Shown: in pieces, positions 9,099 through 18,802 of the stretch | Numbering within the stretch: position 1 is the stretch's first letter | Layout of the letters: each line of letters begins with the position of its first letter | Sequence record: NC_019401.1 | DNA length: 64,000 nt | Strand: one strand, 5' to 3' | Made by a program: the position numbers and the translations under genes | The notes under the pieces: model-generated | What the model was told of the DNA's origin: nothing | Databases searched by the model: none | The model's input: the letters and a program-made list of their open reading frames with translations, nothing else

Positions 9099-9452
9099 AT
9101 GTCAGAAGAAAATGACGATACTTATGATTCTGGTTATGATCAGGGTTATGACCGTGGTCACGAATGCGGGTTCGATGATGGTTATACTGCCGGAGAACAA
9201 GCGACAATAAAACACTATGAAGAAAAAATAGAAGATATTGAAAGTGAACATGAAAAAGCGTTAGAGAGATCGTACAAAGATGGTTATTCGGACGCTGAAG
9301 AAAAATATGAAAGAGAATTAGGTAATATTCACTATAATATTGAAGCTATGATTGATAACTTTTCTTCAATTATAAAAGATTTACGTAAACAAAATTATGA
9401 TCTAAGGAAGGAAAATGCAGCAATTACACGATCTGTACAAAAAAGTACTTGA
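9099..9452 (+). CDS. Hypothetical protein with GYxxG repeats and a coiled coil
   Basis: YDSGYDQGYDRGHECGFDDGYTAG tract followed by an E/K-rich helix. Confidence 0.7.
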   Translation: MSEENDDTYDSGYDQGYDRGHECGFDDGYTAGEQATIKHYEEKIEDIESEHEKALERSYKDGYSDAEEKYERELGNIHYNIEAMIDNFSSIIKDLRKQNYDLRKENAAITRSVQKST

Positions 9453-10344
9453 GTTTGGACAACACAGCGATGACCGTACTGGTGTTGGTACTATTAAACT
9501 TGTTGGCGAAACCATGCGTTTCAATTTACAAGAAGGCTTCCCAGCTACTACAACTAAACGTTTAGCATGGAAAGCAATGGCCTCTGAATTACTATGGTTT
9601 GTTGAAGGTTCACATGACGAACGTCGATTGGCTGAAATACTTTATGGAACTCGTGATTGGGAAAAGAAAACTATCTGGACTGCTAACTATGAAAATCAAG
9701 GCGTAGCACTAGGATATTCAAATGGTGAACTTGGTCCAGTATATGGTAAACAATGGCGTGAATGGGATGATACTGTTATTTCAAATGACCCTGTTGAAAT
9801 TGAAGCATTAAAAGCGTGTGGTTACCATGTCGTTGACAGTACTTTCTTCCACGGTGTAATTCTAAAAAGAACTATCGACCAGCTTGAAGTACTTATTGAT
9901 GGATTGAAAAATAATCCTGATTCTCGACGTCATATTCTAACTGCATGGAATGTTGGTGAACTAGATAAAATGACTTTGCCACCATGTCATTGCTTTAGTC
10001 AATTCTTCGTAAATGACGGTAAGTTATCATGTATTCTATATCAACGTAGCTGTGATCTATTCTTAGGAGTACCATTCAACATTGCTTCATATTCATTACT
10101 AACTCATATGTTAGCACAAGTTTGTGGGTTAGAAGTTGGTGAGTTTGTATGGATGGGTGGAGATGTTCACATTTATAAAAATCACGTAGAAGCAGTTCAG
10201 GAACAACTTTCACGTGAACCTAAAGAATTACCAACTCTTTGGATTGATACTAGTATTACTGATATTAAAGATTTCACAATGGAATCTTTTAAATTGGAAA
10301 ATTATAATCCAGATGCAACCATCAAAGCACCGATGGCAGTATAA
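9415..10344 (+). CDS. thyA: Thymidylate synthase
   Basis: DDRTGVGT, ELLWF, LGPVYGKQWR, catalytic LPPCH, YQRSCD.FLGVPFNIASY and GDVHIY motifs; uninterrupted ORF. Confidence 0.97.
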   Translation: MQQLHDLYKKVLEFGQHSDDRTGVGTIKLVGETMRFNLQEGFPATTTKRLAWKAMASELLWFVEGSHDERRLAEILYGTRDWEKKTIWTANYENQGVALGYSNGELGPVYGKQWREWDDTVISNDPVEIEALKACGYHVVDSTFFHGVILKRTIDQLEVLIDGLKNNPDSRRHILTAWNVGELDKMTLPPCHCFSQFFVNDGKLSCILYQRSCDLFLGVPFNIASYSLLTHMLAQVCGLEVGEFVWMGGDVHIYKNHVEAVQEQLSREPKELPTLWIDTSITDIKDFTMESFKLENYNPDATIKAPMAV

Positions 10345-10350
10345 AAAATA

Positions 10351-10376
10351 AAAAGGAGCCATTGGCTCCTTTTTTT
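10351..10376. terminator. Bidirectional intrinsic terminator
   Basis: AAAAGGAGCC-ATT-GGCTCCTTTT between convergent genes. Confidence 0.9.
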
Positions 10377-12312
10377 ATTGATATTGTACAATCACACGAC
10401 CGTTGAAACGTAAGTCTGGAGTCGCTGGAACTGAAAGTACTGCATTCGTTGAAGAAATAACAATACTATCAACTTCAACTGGTATATAGTTAGAACCGCT
10501 AAGTTCCTGAACTGCAACCTGTTGAATATTACCATTAGTCACTGTGTATGTATAGTAAGCACCATTCAACACCCAATCAGCAATAGCGAAAGTAGTTGCT
10601 ACCCCACCACCTGACCCAACAGTAGTCCATTTACCGTTTGATTTCTGAACTACAGTATTACGTTGAGTACTGTAAGCAATCATACCATCAACGCCAACTG
10701 CATCATTAATCGGATTTAGTACTGGTAATTGAATACCATATCTATTAAATCTAGTACGCAATGTCGCACCATCATATATAGAAACATCATCAAAATTACC
10801 CATATTAAAACGTAATTCAGTTGCAGCTTTAGTCATGGAAGCAGTATTAGTTCCTTCAAACGATAATGTTGCACCAGAGCTAAGAACCGCACCTAAAGTA
10901 AAACGGTTAGATGCATTATTGAATGATGTTGAACCTACAAAAGTACTTGCAGCATTTACTGTTAATGTGTCTGTTCCGGCATCACCTAAAATAGTATTAC
11001 CATTTACTGTCATATTACCATTGATAGTTTCATTACCAGTAACAATTACATTACCATTGAATGTACTTAGACCTTGTGCTAAACTAACGTTTGTTGCACC
11101 ATTACTAACGAAACTGATAATATTACCAGTTGTGTTGATACCTAAATTAGTATTTCCAGTTGCGGAGAAAAGTATATTTGGAGCACTTACCGTACTGTTG
11201 GTAACAGGGTATAATACTAACTGAGTTGGAGATATACGTAAACGTTCAACTCCACTTGCAGTAAAGCCAATAGAACCCGTTGCTGGATGGAAAATACCAG
11301 TACTGGTATCAGACCATAAAGCAGGGTTGACTCCTGGGTCAGTATTAGGGTCAAATGGATTGCTATTAAACGCAATAGCAGGGGCTGTAGCAGTTCCGTA
11401 AGTCACCCCTAGTCGTCCTGCACCTTGTGTACCATCGTTGTACATGGTGTCACCTGTGCGGCGTAAACCTTGTAGTAGTAGGCTATCTATAATAGTTTGT
11501 ACTGTTCCAGAAGTTCCGTTAAATTGACGATTTGATGCAGTCAAGAATGTACGGTCAAATGAAACTGCACCTGCACTAATACTGATTCTATTTTGACGTA
11601 GGCGAACATTTTTATTTGCACCAGAAATAACCCAATCGCCATCAGTTAATGCTAATTCAGTTGTTTTATCTACAATTGAAGTAAATTCGTCAGTCAACGT
11701 TGGGTCAGTAGCTAGTGAAACTAATCCTTCATGTCCTGTTGTTGGAATAGATGCAGTGATAATACGAGCATATGCAGCAACTACTATCTTTTTGGCTGTG
11801 TTTAGTGGGTCAGTATCGATATAATATTTTATTTCAATCCAATTACCCTGACCACTTGGGTTTGTTGGAGTGAAAGTTACTGTAGCTGTTGTCGGATTAT
11901 TAGTTCTGAAGTGGGTTACCGCAGCATCATAAATTCCACGAACAATATAGTACTGTCCAGAATTATCAGCAGATGGGGCTGGTAATTTTGCAAAGGTTGC
12001 ATCAACTGGTGGATCAATATCATCCGAAATTGGTGAATATGTTCCAATCCATTGCATCCCACTTGTTATTGTGTCTGGTAGTTGTGATGTTAGTAATTGA
12101 CCGTTATCGTCAAGTTGTGCAAAACGGCGATAGCTTACGCTACCATCAGAAAATTCTAATACACCTTCAAACGCTTTCCATGCTGAGTTATATCGAATCA
12201 TCCCCGCACGTTCGGCGTAGGTTGTTTGTTTTGTAGGAGCTTTAGGTAATTCTAAAAAGTAAGTACTATTTATAATTACACCTTCAGCACCTTTTATAGT
12301 AGAAGCACTCAT
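10375..12312 (-). CDS. Tail fibre / baseplate-associated structural protein
   Basis: GMIRYNS...FEG, RRTGDTM and GTATAPAIAF...TGIFHPATGSIGFTASGVERLRI fibre motifs; late promoter upstream. Confidence 0.75.
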   Translation of the reverse strand: MSASTIKGAEGVIINSTYFLELPKAPTKQTTYAERAGMIRYNSAWKAFEGVLEFSDGSVSYRRFAQLDDNGQLLTSQLPDTITSGMQWIGTYSPISDDIDPPVDATFAKLPAPSADNSGQYYIVRGIYDAAVTHFRTNNPTTATVTFTPTNPSGQGNWIEIKYYIDTDPLNTAKKIVVAAYARIITASIPTTGHEGLVSLATDPTLTDEFTSIVDKTTELALTDGDWVISGANKNVRLRQNRISISAGAVSFDRTFLTASNRQFNGTSGTVQTIIDSLLLQGLRRTGDTMYNDGTQGAGRLGVTYGTATAPAIAFNSNPFDPNTDPGVNPALWSDTSTGIFHPATGSIGFTASGVERLRISPTQLVLYPVTNSTVSAPNILFSATGNTNLGINTTGNIISFVSNGATNVSLAQGLSTFNGNVIVTGNETINGNMTVNGNTILGDAGTDTLTVNAASTFVGSTSFNNASNRFTLGAVLSSGATLSFEGTNTASMTKAATELRFNMGNFDDVSIYDGATLRTRFNRYGIQLPVLNPINDAVGVDGMIAYSTQRNTVVQKSNGKWTTVGSGGGVATTFAIADWVLNGAYYTYTVTNGNIQQVAVQELSGSNYIPVEVDSIVISSTNAVLSVPATPDLRFNGRVIVQYQ

Positions 12313-12344
12313 TAAAAATTCCTCAGATAAAAGGTTATATCCTG

Positions 12345-12352
12345 TATTTATT
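12345..12352 (-). promoter_or_regulatory. T4-type late promoter (AATAAATA)
   Basis: TATTTATT on the + strand, 33 nt before the start at 12312. Confidence 0.7.
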
Positions 12353-12368
12353 CAGTACTACAAAAAAC

Positions 12369-12394
12369 AAAAGGCCAACATAAGTTGACCTTTT
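12369..12394 (-). terminator. Probable intrinsic terminator
   Basis: AAAAGG.CAAC-ATAA-GTTG.CCTTTT with flanking A/T runs. Confidence 0.6.
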
Positions 12395-12400
12395 AATTTA

Positions 12401-13039
12401 TTATAGTGCTTCACCATTCCATGTCGCAGCAGCACGAATATCTTCGTAAGTCTGTGCGGCATCAATAGCAGCCTTAATGCTACGAGCTTGCTTGAATGTG
12501 TTGCGAGTAAAATCAGCTAACGCTTTAACGAAAAGTTTAAACTTAGCCAAATCCATTGGGATTTGTTTACCATCAATTGTATCCCAAACTAAATCTGATG
12601 GAAAATCTGTTTCATCAATTAAAGCAGTCATCATAATTAGCTGGATGTTGTTGCGATTAGAAATTCCAGAAATAAATGTTTCTCCTTCGAATTCAAATCC
12701 GCTGAAATACAAAGTATCTCTTTTAGAATCTACACGACCTTTAAGGTCTGCACGAATATCATCTAAAGGCATTAATTCATAGATGTAAGTATTAGTTACT
12801 TCCGCATTTTCTTCACTAAAATCAACAGTTTTTTCTTTGAAGATCATAAACTCGCCAGTGTTTTGATAAACATCGTTTTGAGTCCAGAAACCTTCGGCTC
12901 GACGAGTATCCAAGTCTAGCTTGGATATATCGCCATAAGTGTTTCCTGTTTTGTTACCAACCACGTTGATTGGATATGTGATTGTTTTTAGAATTTTCCA
13001 ATCACCATTTGCATCTTTTACTACTGATAAGTAAATCAT
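12401..13039 (-). CDS. Tail fibre assembly chaperone-like protein (DUF4376-like C-terminus)
   Basis: W.T.DG..I.M...F..F..AL......F..AR..K..I..A pattern; lies directly downstream of the large fibre gene. Confidence 0.7.
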   Translation of the reverse strand: MIYLSVVKDANGDWKILKTITYPINVVGNKTGNTYGDISKLDLDTRRAEGFWTQNDVYQNTGEFMIFKEKTVDFSEENAEVTNTYIYELMPLDDIRADLKGRVDSKRDTLYFSGFEFEGETFISGISNRNNIQLIMMTALIDETDFPSDLVWDTIDGKQIPMDLAKFKLFVKALADFTRNTFKQARSIKAAIDAAQTYEDIRAAATWNGEAL

Positions 13040-13052
13040 TCTTTATCTCCTA

Positions 13053-16000
13053 TTATGGGCGTTGTGCAATGAATACGTCAAAGATTGAACCAATACCGCA
13101 GTAAACAACTTGACAAATACTTACTGCATTCGCCGTTGTATTTACTTCACCGCCGATAATTTTGTATGAAGAATCCCAAGTTACAGTACGACCACCAGTT
13201 GCATCCTGAGTGATGTAGATAAACCATGAACCTGCTCCACCTGCCGCTGCACCAGTAATTGGTTGAATGGAGGTATTAGAAGAAACCGTTACGTTATAAA
13301 CGTTTGAAGTTCCATCTGGTGTATAAGTTGTAGTACTTACAGTTTCTTGAGCATGTTGTTTAACAAAATATGTACCAGTTTTGAATGATGTAGTTACCAA
13401 ATTAGATAAGTTAGCATTCAATGTACCGTTTACAGTAATGTTGTTAACAGTTACAGCCCCAGCAAAAGTACTTGTTGCGTTAACAGTCAATGTGTCAGCA
13501 GAAGCATCACCTATAGTTGTATTACCATTTGCAGTTAATGCACCAGTGATAGTTGCACTGTTTAGAGTTGCAAGACCAGAAGTACTTAGAGTACTTAGAG
13601 TTGTTGCACCAGTTACGCCTAGTGTAGTAGTAATGGAAGCACTGTTTAGAGTTGCAAGACCAGAAGTACTTAGAGTACCAGTAATTGCATGGTTACCAGA
13701 GTTAACAATACCTAGAGTAGTAACACCAGTTACACCTAAAGTTCCACCAACTGTTGCGTTAGTACCAATAGTAGCACCAGCAGTTGTAGTTACAGATTTG
13801 AATGTAACATCAGAGTTAGTTTGGTTTAGTGTACCGTTAATCACACCAGTTACAGTAAAGTCACCGTTGGTTACTACGTTACCATTAACTTGTAAGTTGT
13901 TATTGGTGGAACCATTTGCACCGATAATTGCTGTAGCAGCAGTTAATGAAGTAGCAGCAGTAATAGAAGACGCAGAACTGATTGAACCAGATGCAGTAAC
14001 ATTACGTGGAGCAATATCACGAGAAGTCAAGTCAATCGCAGCGTTAATAATACCAGTTACGTTCAAATCACCAGTGATTGTAGTATTACCAAACACATCT
14101 AGAATTACACCAGAGTTAGCAGTACCAGTACCAATTTTAATACTATTAGCATTTGCAGCTTTAAGTGTAGTTGTAGCACCGTTAACAGTTAAGTTACCTG
14201 ATAGTGTTGTATTTCCCGCAACAGTCAATGTGTTACCTACAGTTACCGCAGCTAATGTACTTGCACCAGTTACGCCTAGAGTACCAGTAATTGAATGGTT
14301 TCCAGAGTTAACACCCGCTAAAGTAGTTAGACCAGTAACATTTAATGTAGATGCAAGAGTTAAACTATTTGCACTAATATCTGCTCCGCTTAGGTTTAAA
14401 CCACCAGAAGGAGTGAATGTACCAGTTACAGTTACGTTATTTGCAAAAGTGGTGTTACCAGTAATGCTAGGAACTGTTAAGCTAGTAGCAGTTACTCCAG
14501 CTAAAGTACTTGCACCAGTTGCAGTTAGTGTAGAAACAGTTGTTGCACCAGTTACGCCTAGAGTACCACCAATAGTAGTATTTCCAGAAATTTGTGGAGC
14601 ACCAGTAATTACACCAGTTGTTAGTACTAAGTTTCCACCAACAGTAGTATTACCAGAACTTGCCAAAGACGCCGCAGCAAGATTAGTTGCACTTAGGTCG
14701 AATTGTCCATCAACAGTTAAATCACCGACAATATGTGCGTCACCGCTTGAAGTTAAAGTTTTTACAGTAACATCAGCATTACTTAAATCAATTGCACCTG
14801 GGGTTACAGTACCAGAAACTGATAGGTTACCAGTAATTGAAGTATTTTTTGCAATGTTAACAGTCGCACCAGTCGCAGTAATATTTCCATCAATTGTTGC
14901 GTTACCAGTAGTATGGATTGATTGTGCATCAATATCAACAGCAGAAAGATCTAGACCACCAGCTAGTACTAATGTACCATTAACAGTTAAGTCATCAGAC
15001 ATAGTTACCGCTGAACCAAATGTTACTCCACCTGTGTGTGTAATGGTTGCAGTGTCTAAAGATGATGCAGTTACTGCACCCGCAGTTACACCAGCAAGTG
15101 ATGTTGCACCAGATACGGTTAGTGCTGTAGCATTTACTGTACCAATTGTTGCAGTAGTACTGTTCAATGTTGGCAAAGTGCTTGCAGAAGTAGCACTAAT
15201 AGATTTAACAGAAACATCAGATGCACTAAGATCAAATGTACCAGTTACTGCCAAGTCACCGCCTACGATTACATCACCAGTAGTTGTTAATGATTGTGCG
15301 TTAACATTAGTAGTACTTAGATCAATTGCACTTGGTGTAAGTGTACCAGTTACAGTTACGTTATTTGCAAAAGTAGTGTTGCCATTAATTGTTGGAACAG
15401 TTAATGTTGTTGCAGTTACACCAGCTAAAGTACTTGCACCAGTTACTGTTAGTGAGTTTAGTGTTGCTAAACCAGAAGTACTTAATGTTGTTGCAGTTAC
15501 ACCAGCTAAAGTACTTGCACCAGTTACTGTTAGTGCAGTTGCAGACACACCTTTTAGTGTACTTGTACCATCAACTGTTAGTGTGGTATCCACAGCTACA
15601 GAATTAGGAGCAATATCTAGACCATCAACGTTTGCAGAAGCAGTAATACCAGTAGTAGTACCAGTTACAACTAAGTCTTTAACCGTTATGGTTTGACCAT
15701 TAACAGTTACGTTACCACCAAGTACAGAACCACCAGTAACACTTAGAGAACCAGAAGAAACTTGTCCAGTAGTAGTTACACTTGCAGCATTAACACTAGT
15801 TGTTGCAGTTAGTGAGTTCAAACTAATATCTTGACCAGTTAGGTCAAATGTGATACCACTTACTGTGCCATTAACTTCTAAATCGTTAAGAACTGTTTTG
15901 CCAGCAACGGTTAGTTGTGCACGAGTAGTACCAGTTGTTGAGTTACCGACAATATCTAGATAATCGATTTTTGCAATACCAGCAGCAGTTAAACCGGGTG

Positions 16001-17726
16001 TTGAGAATGTTACATCACCAACGGTAATGCGATCCATATCAGCAATTTGACCTTGGAAGGTGTTAGAACTGATTTTGTATGGTTCGATAGCTGACTTAAT
16101 ATCAGAAGGACGAGCCGGATCGTTGTAGCTAAATTGAATAACACCAGTTTGACCAGCAACGTTATAAGTCTGGAAAGTTGCAGATTGTGTAGTACCGGTA
16201 ACGTTACCAGAAAGAACCACGCTAGATAGAGAACTTTGACCAGACACTGTTAGTGTTTGGAAGTTACCATTAGCAATTGTGAATCCACCAGTTAATGTAC
16301 CATTAATAACAACATCATTAAGTGTTGCAGTACCAGTACTGTCTAGGTCTACGAAAGTAGCTTTTTGTGTAAAATCAGAAGTACCAGCAACATTCAAATC
16401 ACCAGTAACATTTAGGTCAGTGAAGCTTAGACCCGTTACTGCACCAGTAATGTTTAAATCATGAACAGTTACTGCACCAGTGAAATTACTTGTACCAGAA
16501 ACAGTTAGTTGTGGTCTGGTAGTACCAGTTGTTGAGTTACCGACAATATCTAGGTAATCGATTGATGATTTACCTTTTGCTGTTAGACCATAATCGTTGA
16601 ATGTTACATCACCAACTTCAATACGGTCAATGTCAGCAGTTTTACCTTGGAAGGTATTTGAACTAATTTTGTATGGTTCAATTGCAGATTTAATATCTGA
16701 TGGACGAGCAGGATCATTATAGGTGAATTGAATAACACCGCTTGCACCTGCAACATTATAAGTCTGGAAAGTTGCTGAACGAGTTGTACCAGTTATATTA
16801 CCAGAAAGAACAACACTGTTCAAATTACTTTGCCCACTTACTGTAATAGTTTGGAAATTACCATTGGCAAGAGTGAAGTTACCACTTAGGTTACCATTAA
16901 TAATAACATCTTCAAACGATGCAGTAGTACCAGTACCCATTACTAGGTCACCTTTAAGATTGCTAGTTCCGTTAACAACCAAAGATTCTAGTTCAGTAGA
17001 ACCAGTTACAGAAATATTGCCATTGATAGTAGTTGCACTGTTAATTGTTAGAGTATCAGTTGCGTCTTCACCAATTACAACATTATTTTTAAAATTAGAG
17101 GCAGCATTTACTGTTAAAGTATCAGTGCTTGCATCACCAACGATGGTGTTACCTTTTAAATTTGTTACGCCATCAACCGTTAGGTTGTTTTTTACGTTAG
17201 CTGTAGAGTTTACAGTTAAAATATCAGTTGCGTTTTCACCGATAGTTACAGAATTTTTGAAATCTGTTGTAGAATTCACAGTCAAAGCATCAGTACTAGA
17301 AGCACCTACAGTAACATCTTTATTGAATATTGCTGGAGCAGCGAAAGTACTTGTCGCGTTAACAGTTAAAGTATCGGTACTTGCGTTACCAACAACAGTA
17401 TTACCCTCAATTGATACATTACTTTTTGCAGTAATTGGAGCATTAAAAGTTGATGTTCCATTAACAGTAACCGTATCGGTATCGGAATTACCAAGTGTAG
17501 TGTTACCTGAAACTTGAACATTGTTTAATGCAGCAGTACCAGTAGAGTTTACGTTGTTTAGATTCGCTGTACCTGTGACAGTAATCTGAGTAAATGTTGC
17601 ATTAGCAAAATTGACAGTACCGTTTACGGTAAGATCATTTGCAATGACAGCACTACCACTAACCAAAAGGTCTTTAGAGATCGTTTGATTACCAGATACG
17701 CCAAGATCAGTTTTTATTGAATACAT
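13053..17726 (-). CDS. Large tail fibre / adhesin-like protein with T/V/G/N-rich beta repeats (1557 aa)
   Basis: ATG at 17726 with SD GGAGGG; many LTV.G..TL repeats; C-terminal ITQDATGGRTVTW domain seen in fibre tips. Confidence 0.8.
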   Translation of the reverse strand: MYSIKTDLGVSGNQTISKDLLVSGSAVIANDLTVNGTVNFANATFTQITVTGTANLNNVNSTGTAALNNVQVSGNTTLGNSDTDTVTVNGTSTFNAPITAKSNVSIEGNTVVGNASTDTLTVNATSTFAAPAIFNKDVTVGASSTDALTVNSTTDFKNSVTIGENATDILTVNSTANVKNNLTVDGVTNLKGNTIVGDASTDTLTVNAASNFKNNVVIGEDATDTLTINSATTINGNISVTGSTELESLVVNGTSNLKGDLVMGTGTTASFEDVIINGNLSGNFTLANGNFQTITVSGQSNLNSVVLSGNITGTTRSATFQTYNVAGASGVIQFTYNDPARPSDIKSAIEPYKISSNTFQGKTADIDRIEVGDVTFNDYGLTAKGKSSIDYLDIVGNSTTGTTRPQLTVSGTSNFTGAVTVHDLNITGAVTGLSFTDLNVTGDLNVAGTSDFTQKATFVDLDSTGTATLNDVVINGTLTGGFTIANGNFQTLTVSGQSSLSSVVLSGNVTGTTQSATFQTYNVAGQTGVIQFSYNDPARPSDIKSAIEPYKISSNTFQGQIADMDRITVGDVTFSTPGLTAAGIAKIDYLDIVGNSTTGTTRAQLTVAGKTVLNDLEVNGTVSGITFDLTGQDISLNSLTATTSVNAASVTTTGQVSSGSLSVTGGSVLGGNVTVNGQTITVKDLVVTGTTTGITASANVDGLDIAPNSVAVDTTLTVDGTSTLKGVSATALTVTGASTLAGVTATTLSTSGLATLNSLTVTGASTLAGVTATTLTVPTINGNTTFANNVTVTGTLTPSAIDLSTTNVNAQSLTTTGDVIVGGDLAVTGTFDLSASDVSVKSISATSASTLPTLNSTTATIGTVNATALTVSGATSLAGVTAGAVTASSLDTATITHTGGVTFGSAVTMSDDLTVNGTLVLAGGLDLSAVDIDAQSIHTTGNATIDGNITATGATVNIAKNTSITGNLSVSGTVTPGAIDLSNADVTVKTLTSSGDAHIVGDLTVDGQFDLSATNLAAASLASSGNTTVGGNLVLTTGVITGAPQISGNTTIGGTLGVTGATTVSTLTATGASTLAGVTATSLTVPSITGNTTFANNVTVTGTFTPSGGLNLSGADISANSLTLASTLNVTGLTTLAGVNSGNHSITGTLGVTGASTLAAVTVGNTLTVAGNTTLSGNLTVNGATTTLKAANANSIKIGTGTANSGVILDVFGNTTITGDLNVTGIINAAIDLTSRDIAPRNVTASGSISSASSITAATSLTAATAIIGANGSTNNNLQVNGNVVTNGDFTVTGVINGTLNQTNSDVTFKSVTTTAGATIGTNATVGGTLGVTGVTTLGIVNSGNHAITGTLSTSGLATLNSASITTTLGVTGATTLSTLSTSGLATLNSATITGALTANGNTTIGDASADTLTVNATSTFAGAVTVNNITVNGTLNANLSNLVTTSFKTGTYFVKQHAQETVSTTTYTPDGTSNVYNVTVSSNTSIQPITGAAAGGAGSWFIYITQDATGGRTVTWDSSYKIIGGEVNTTANAVSICQVVYCGIGSIFDVFIAQRP
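13555..13678. repeat. Perfect 40-bp direct repeat (84-nt period) inside the fibre gene
   Basis: GCACTGTTTAGAGTTGCAAGACCAGAAGTACTTAGAGTAC at 13555 and 13639. Confidence 0.9.
15401..15535. repeat. Perfect 54-bp direct repeat (81-nt period) inside the fibre gene
   Basis: TTAATGTTGTTGCAGTTACACCAGCTAAAGTACTTGCACCAGTTACTGTTAGTG at 15401 and 15482. Confidence 0.9.
15900..16900. repeat. Tandem duplicated fibre segment (594-nt / 198-aa period)
   Basis: YNDPARPSDIKSAIEPYKISSNTFQG and DYLDIVGNSTTGTTR each occur twice; AGTACCAGTTGTTGAGTTACCGACAATATCTAG at 15927 and 16521. Confidence 0.9.
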
Positions 17727-17783
17727 GTAATCCCTCCGTTGGATTTTAATATGGAAAAACTTATCCAAATCATTTATTTCAAG

Positions 17784-17791
17784 TATTTATT
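17784..17791 (-). promoter_or_regulatory. T4-type late promoter (AATAAATA)
   Basis: TATTTATT upstream of the fibre gene. Confidence 0.7.
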
Positions 17792-17823
17792 ACCCCTATC
17801 ATAAATCACTTGAGATAATAAAG

Positions 17824-17853
17824 AAAAAAAATCCAAGAAAAAATCTTGGATTT
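17824..17853 (-). terminator. Probable intrinsic terminator
   Basis: AAATCCAAGA-AAAAA-TCTTGGATTT with an A-run (U-run on the - strand). Confidence 0.65.
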
Positions 17854-17860
17854 ATAAGTA

Positions 17861-18724
17861 TTATTTACCGCTAATAACAACTTTCCCACTGAAAGTTACA
17901 CTACTAGTTAGTGTGATATTTCCAGAAGAATCGATTGATGTTTGAACAGCAGCTATTTGATATGGTGAAGTACTAGTTGCAGAATCGGTAGTATTTTCAT
18001 ATACTGCTATAAAGATTGCACCAGGAACTTGACCATGTGTTGCTTGAGGAATCGCAAGGGTATACTCTTGTCCAGAAGTAACCCAATCTGCTTTATTAAT
18101 TAAACGATTGTATGGTGTAGACAATGTGGTAGCTCCTATAATTACTACGTTGATATTAGTGGTTGGTTCATCAGACATTGAAACTGTAATATTACCAGAA
18201 GAATCAACTTGAACATCTGCATCCTGTACGCTTCCAGTTTGACCTTGAAGTTGAACAATAATATTTGTTCCACGTTGATGTACAGCAGATGTTAATGTGT
18301 AAACATAATTTGAACCGACTTGTGTAAAATCTGATGGGGCAGCTACAGTAGTAGTTACGTATTCAGAATCAGTTGGTGGGCTTGCTACGAAAGGTTTCCA
18401 TATTCCTGAATCTTTAATATAAATTTGTAATATATTAATGCTGTCAACCTTGTAATACACATCACCATCTGTACCTAAACTTGGATCTGGATCTACAGTT
18501 CCACGCAATGCATTACCTGAACCACCACCTGAGTGGGATTTATAATAAGCTAAGGTTACTAGGTGTGTATCGTCTAATGGGTCACCCGCACTGATAGGAA
18601 TAAGACTTGTACCTTGATAATTATATACTGAAAGTGCTGAACCATCTGTTGTTAGTTTAGCCCCATTCTTACCAAGGATGAAAGCCTTTTTCATGGTTCC
18701 TTCTAAATTAGAAAAAACTGCCAT
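17861..18724 (-). CDS. Putative virion structural / fibre-like protein
   Basis: 287 aa; GTVDPDPSLGTDGDVYY fibre module; SD AGGAG; late promoter upstream. Confidence 0.75.
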   Translation of the reverse strand: MAVFSNLEGTMKKAFILGKNGAKLTTDGSALSVYNYQGTSLIPISAGDPLDDTHLVTLAYYKSHSGGGSGNALRGTVDPDPSLGTDGDVYYKVDSINILQIYIKDSGIWKPFVASPPTDSEYVTTTVAAPSDFTQVGSNYVYTLTSAVHQRGTNIIVQLQGQTGSVQDADVQVDSSGNITVSMSDEPTTNINVVIIGATTLSTPYNRLINKADWVTSGQEYTLAIPQATHGQVPGAIFIAVYENTTDSATSTSPYQIAAVQTSIDSSGNITLTSSVTFSGKVVISGK

Positions 18725-18757
18725 CGATACTTTCTCCTAAAAAATGTTTGTTTCTTA

Positions 18758-18765
18758 TATTTATG
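18758..18765 (-). promoter_or_regulatory. T4-type late promoter (CATAAATA)
   Basis: TATTTATG upstream of the start at 18724. Confidence 0.65.
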
Positions 18766-18771
18766 TACAAC

Positions 18772-18798
18772 AAAAAAGGGAGATACTATATCTCCCTT
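18772..18798 (-). terminator. Intrinsic terminator
   Basis: AAGGGAGATA-CTA-TATCTCCCTT with an A-run. Confidence 0.75.
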
Positions 18799-18802
18799 CT
18801 TT

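Noticed and set aside
9415-10344. td-type group I intron in thymidylate synthase, as in T4
   Set aside because: The ORF is continuous, with all motifs in one frame
13381-15696. 771-aa + strand ORF antisense to the fibre gene (also 10835-11224 and 16864-17517)
   Set aside because: Shadow of a repetitive, codon-biased T/V/A/G-rich gene; no SD or promoter; composition mirrors the sense repeats
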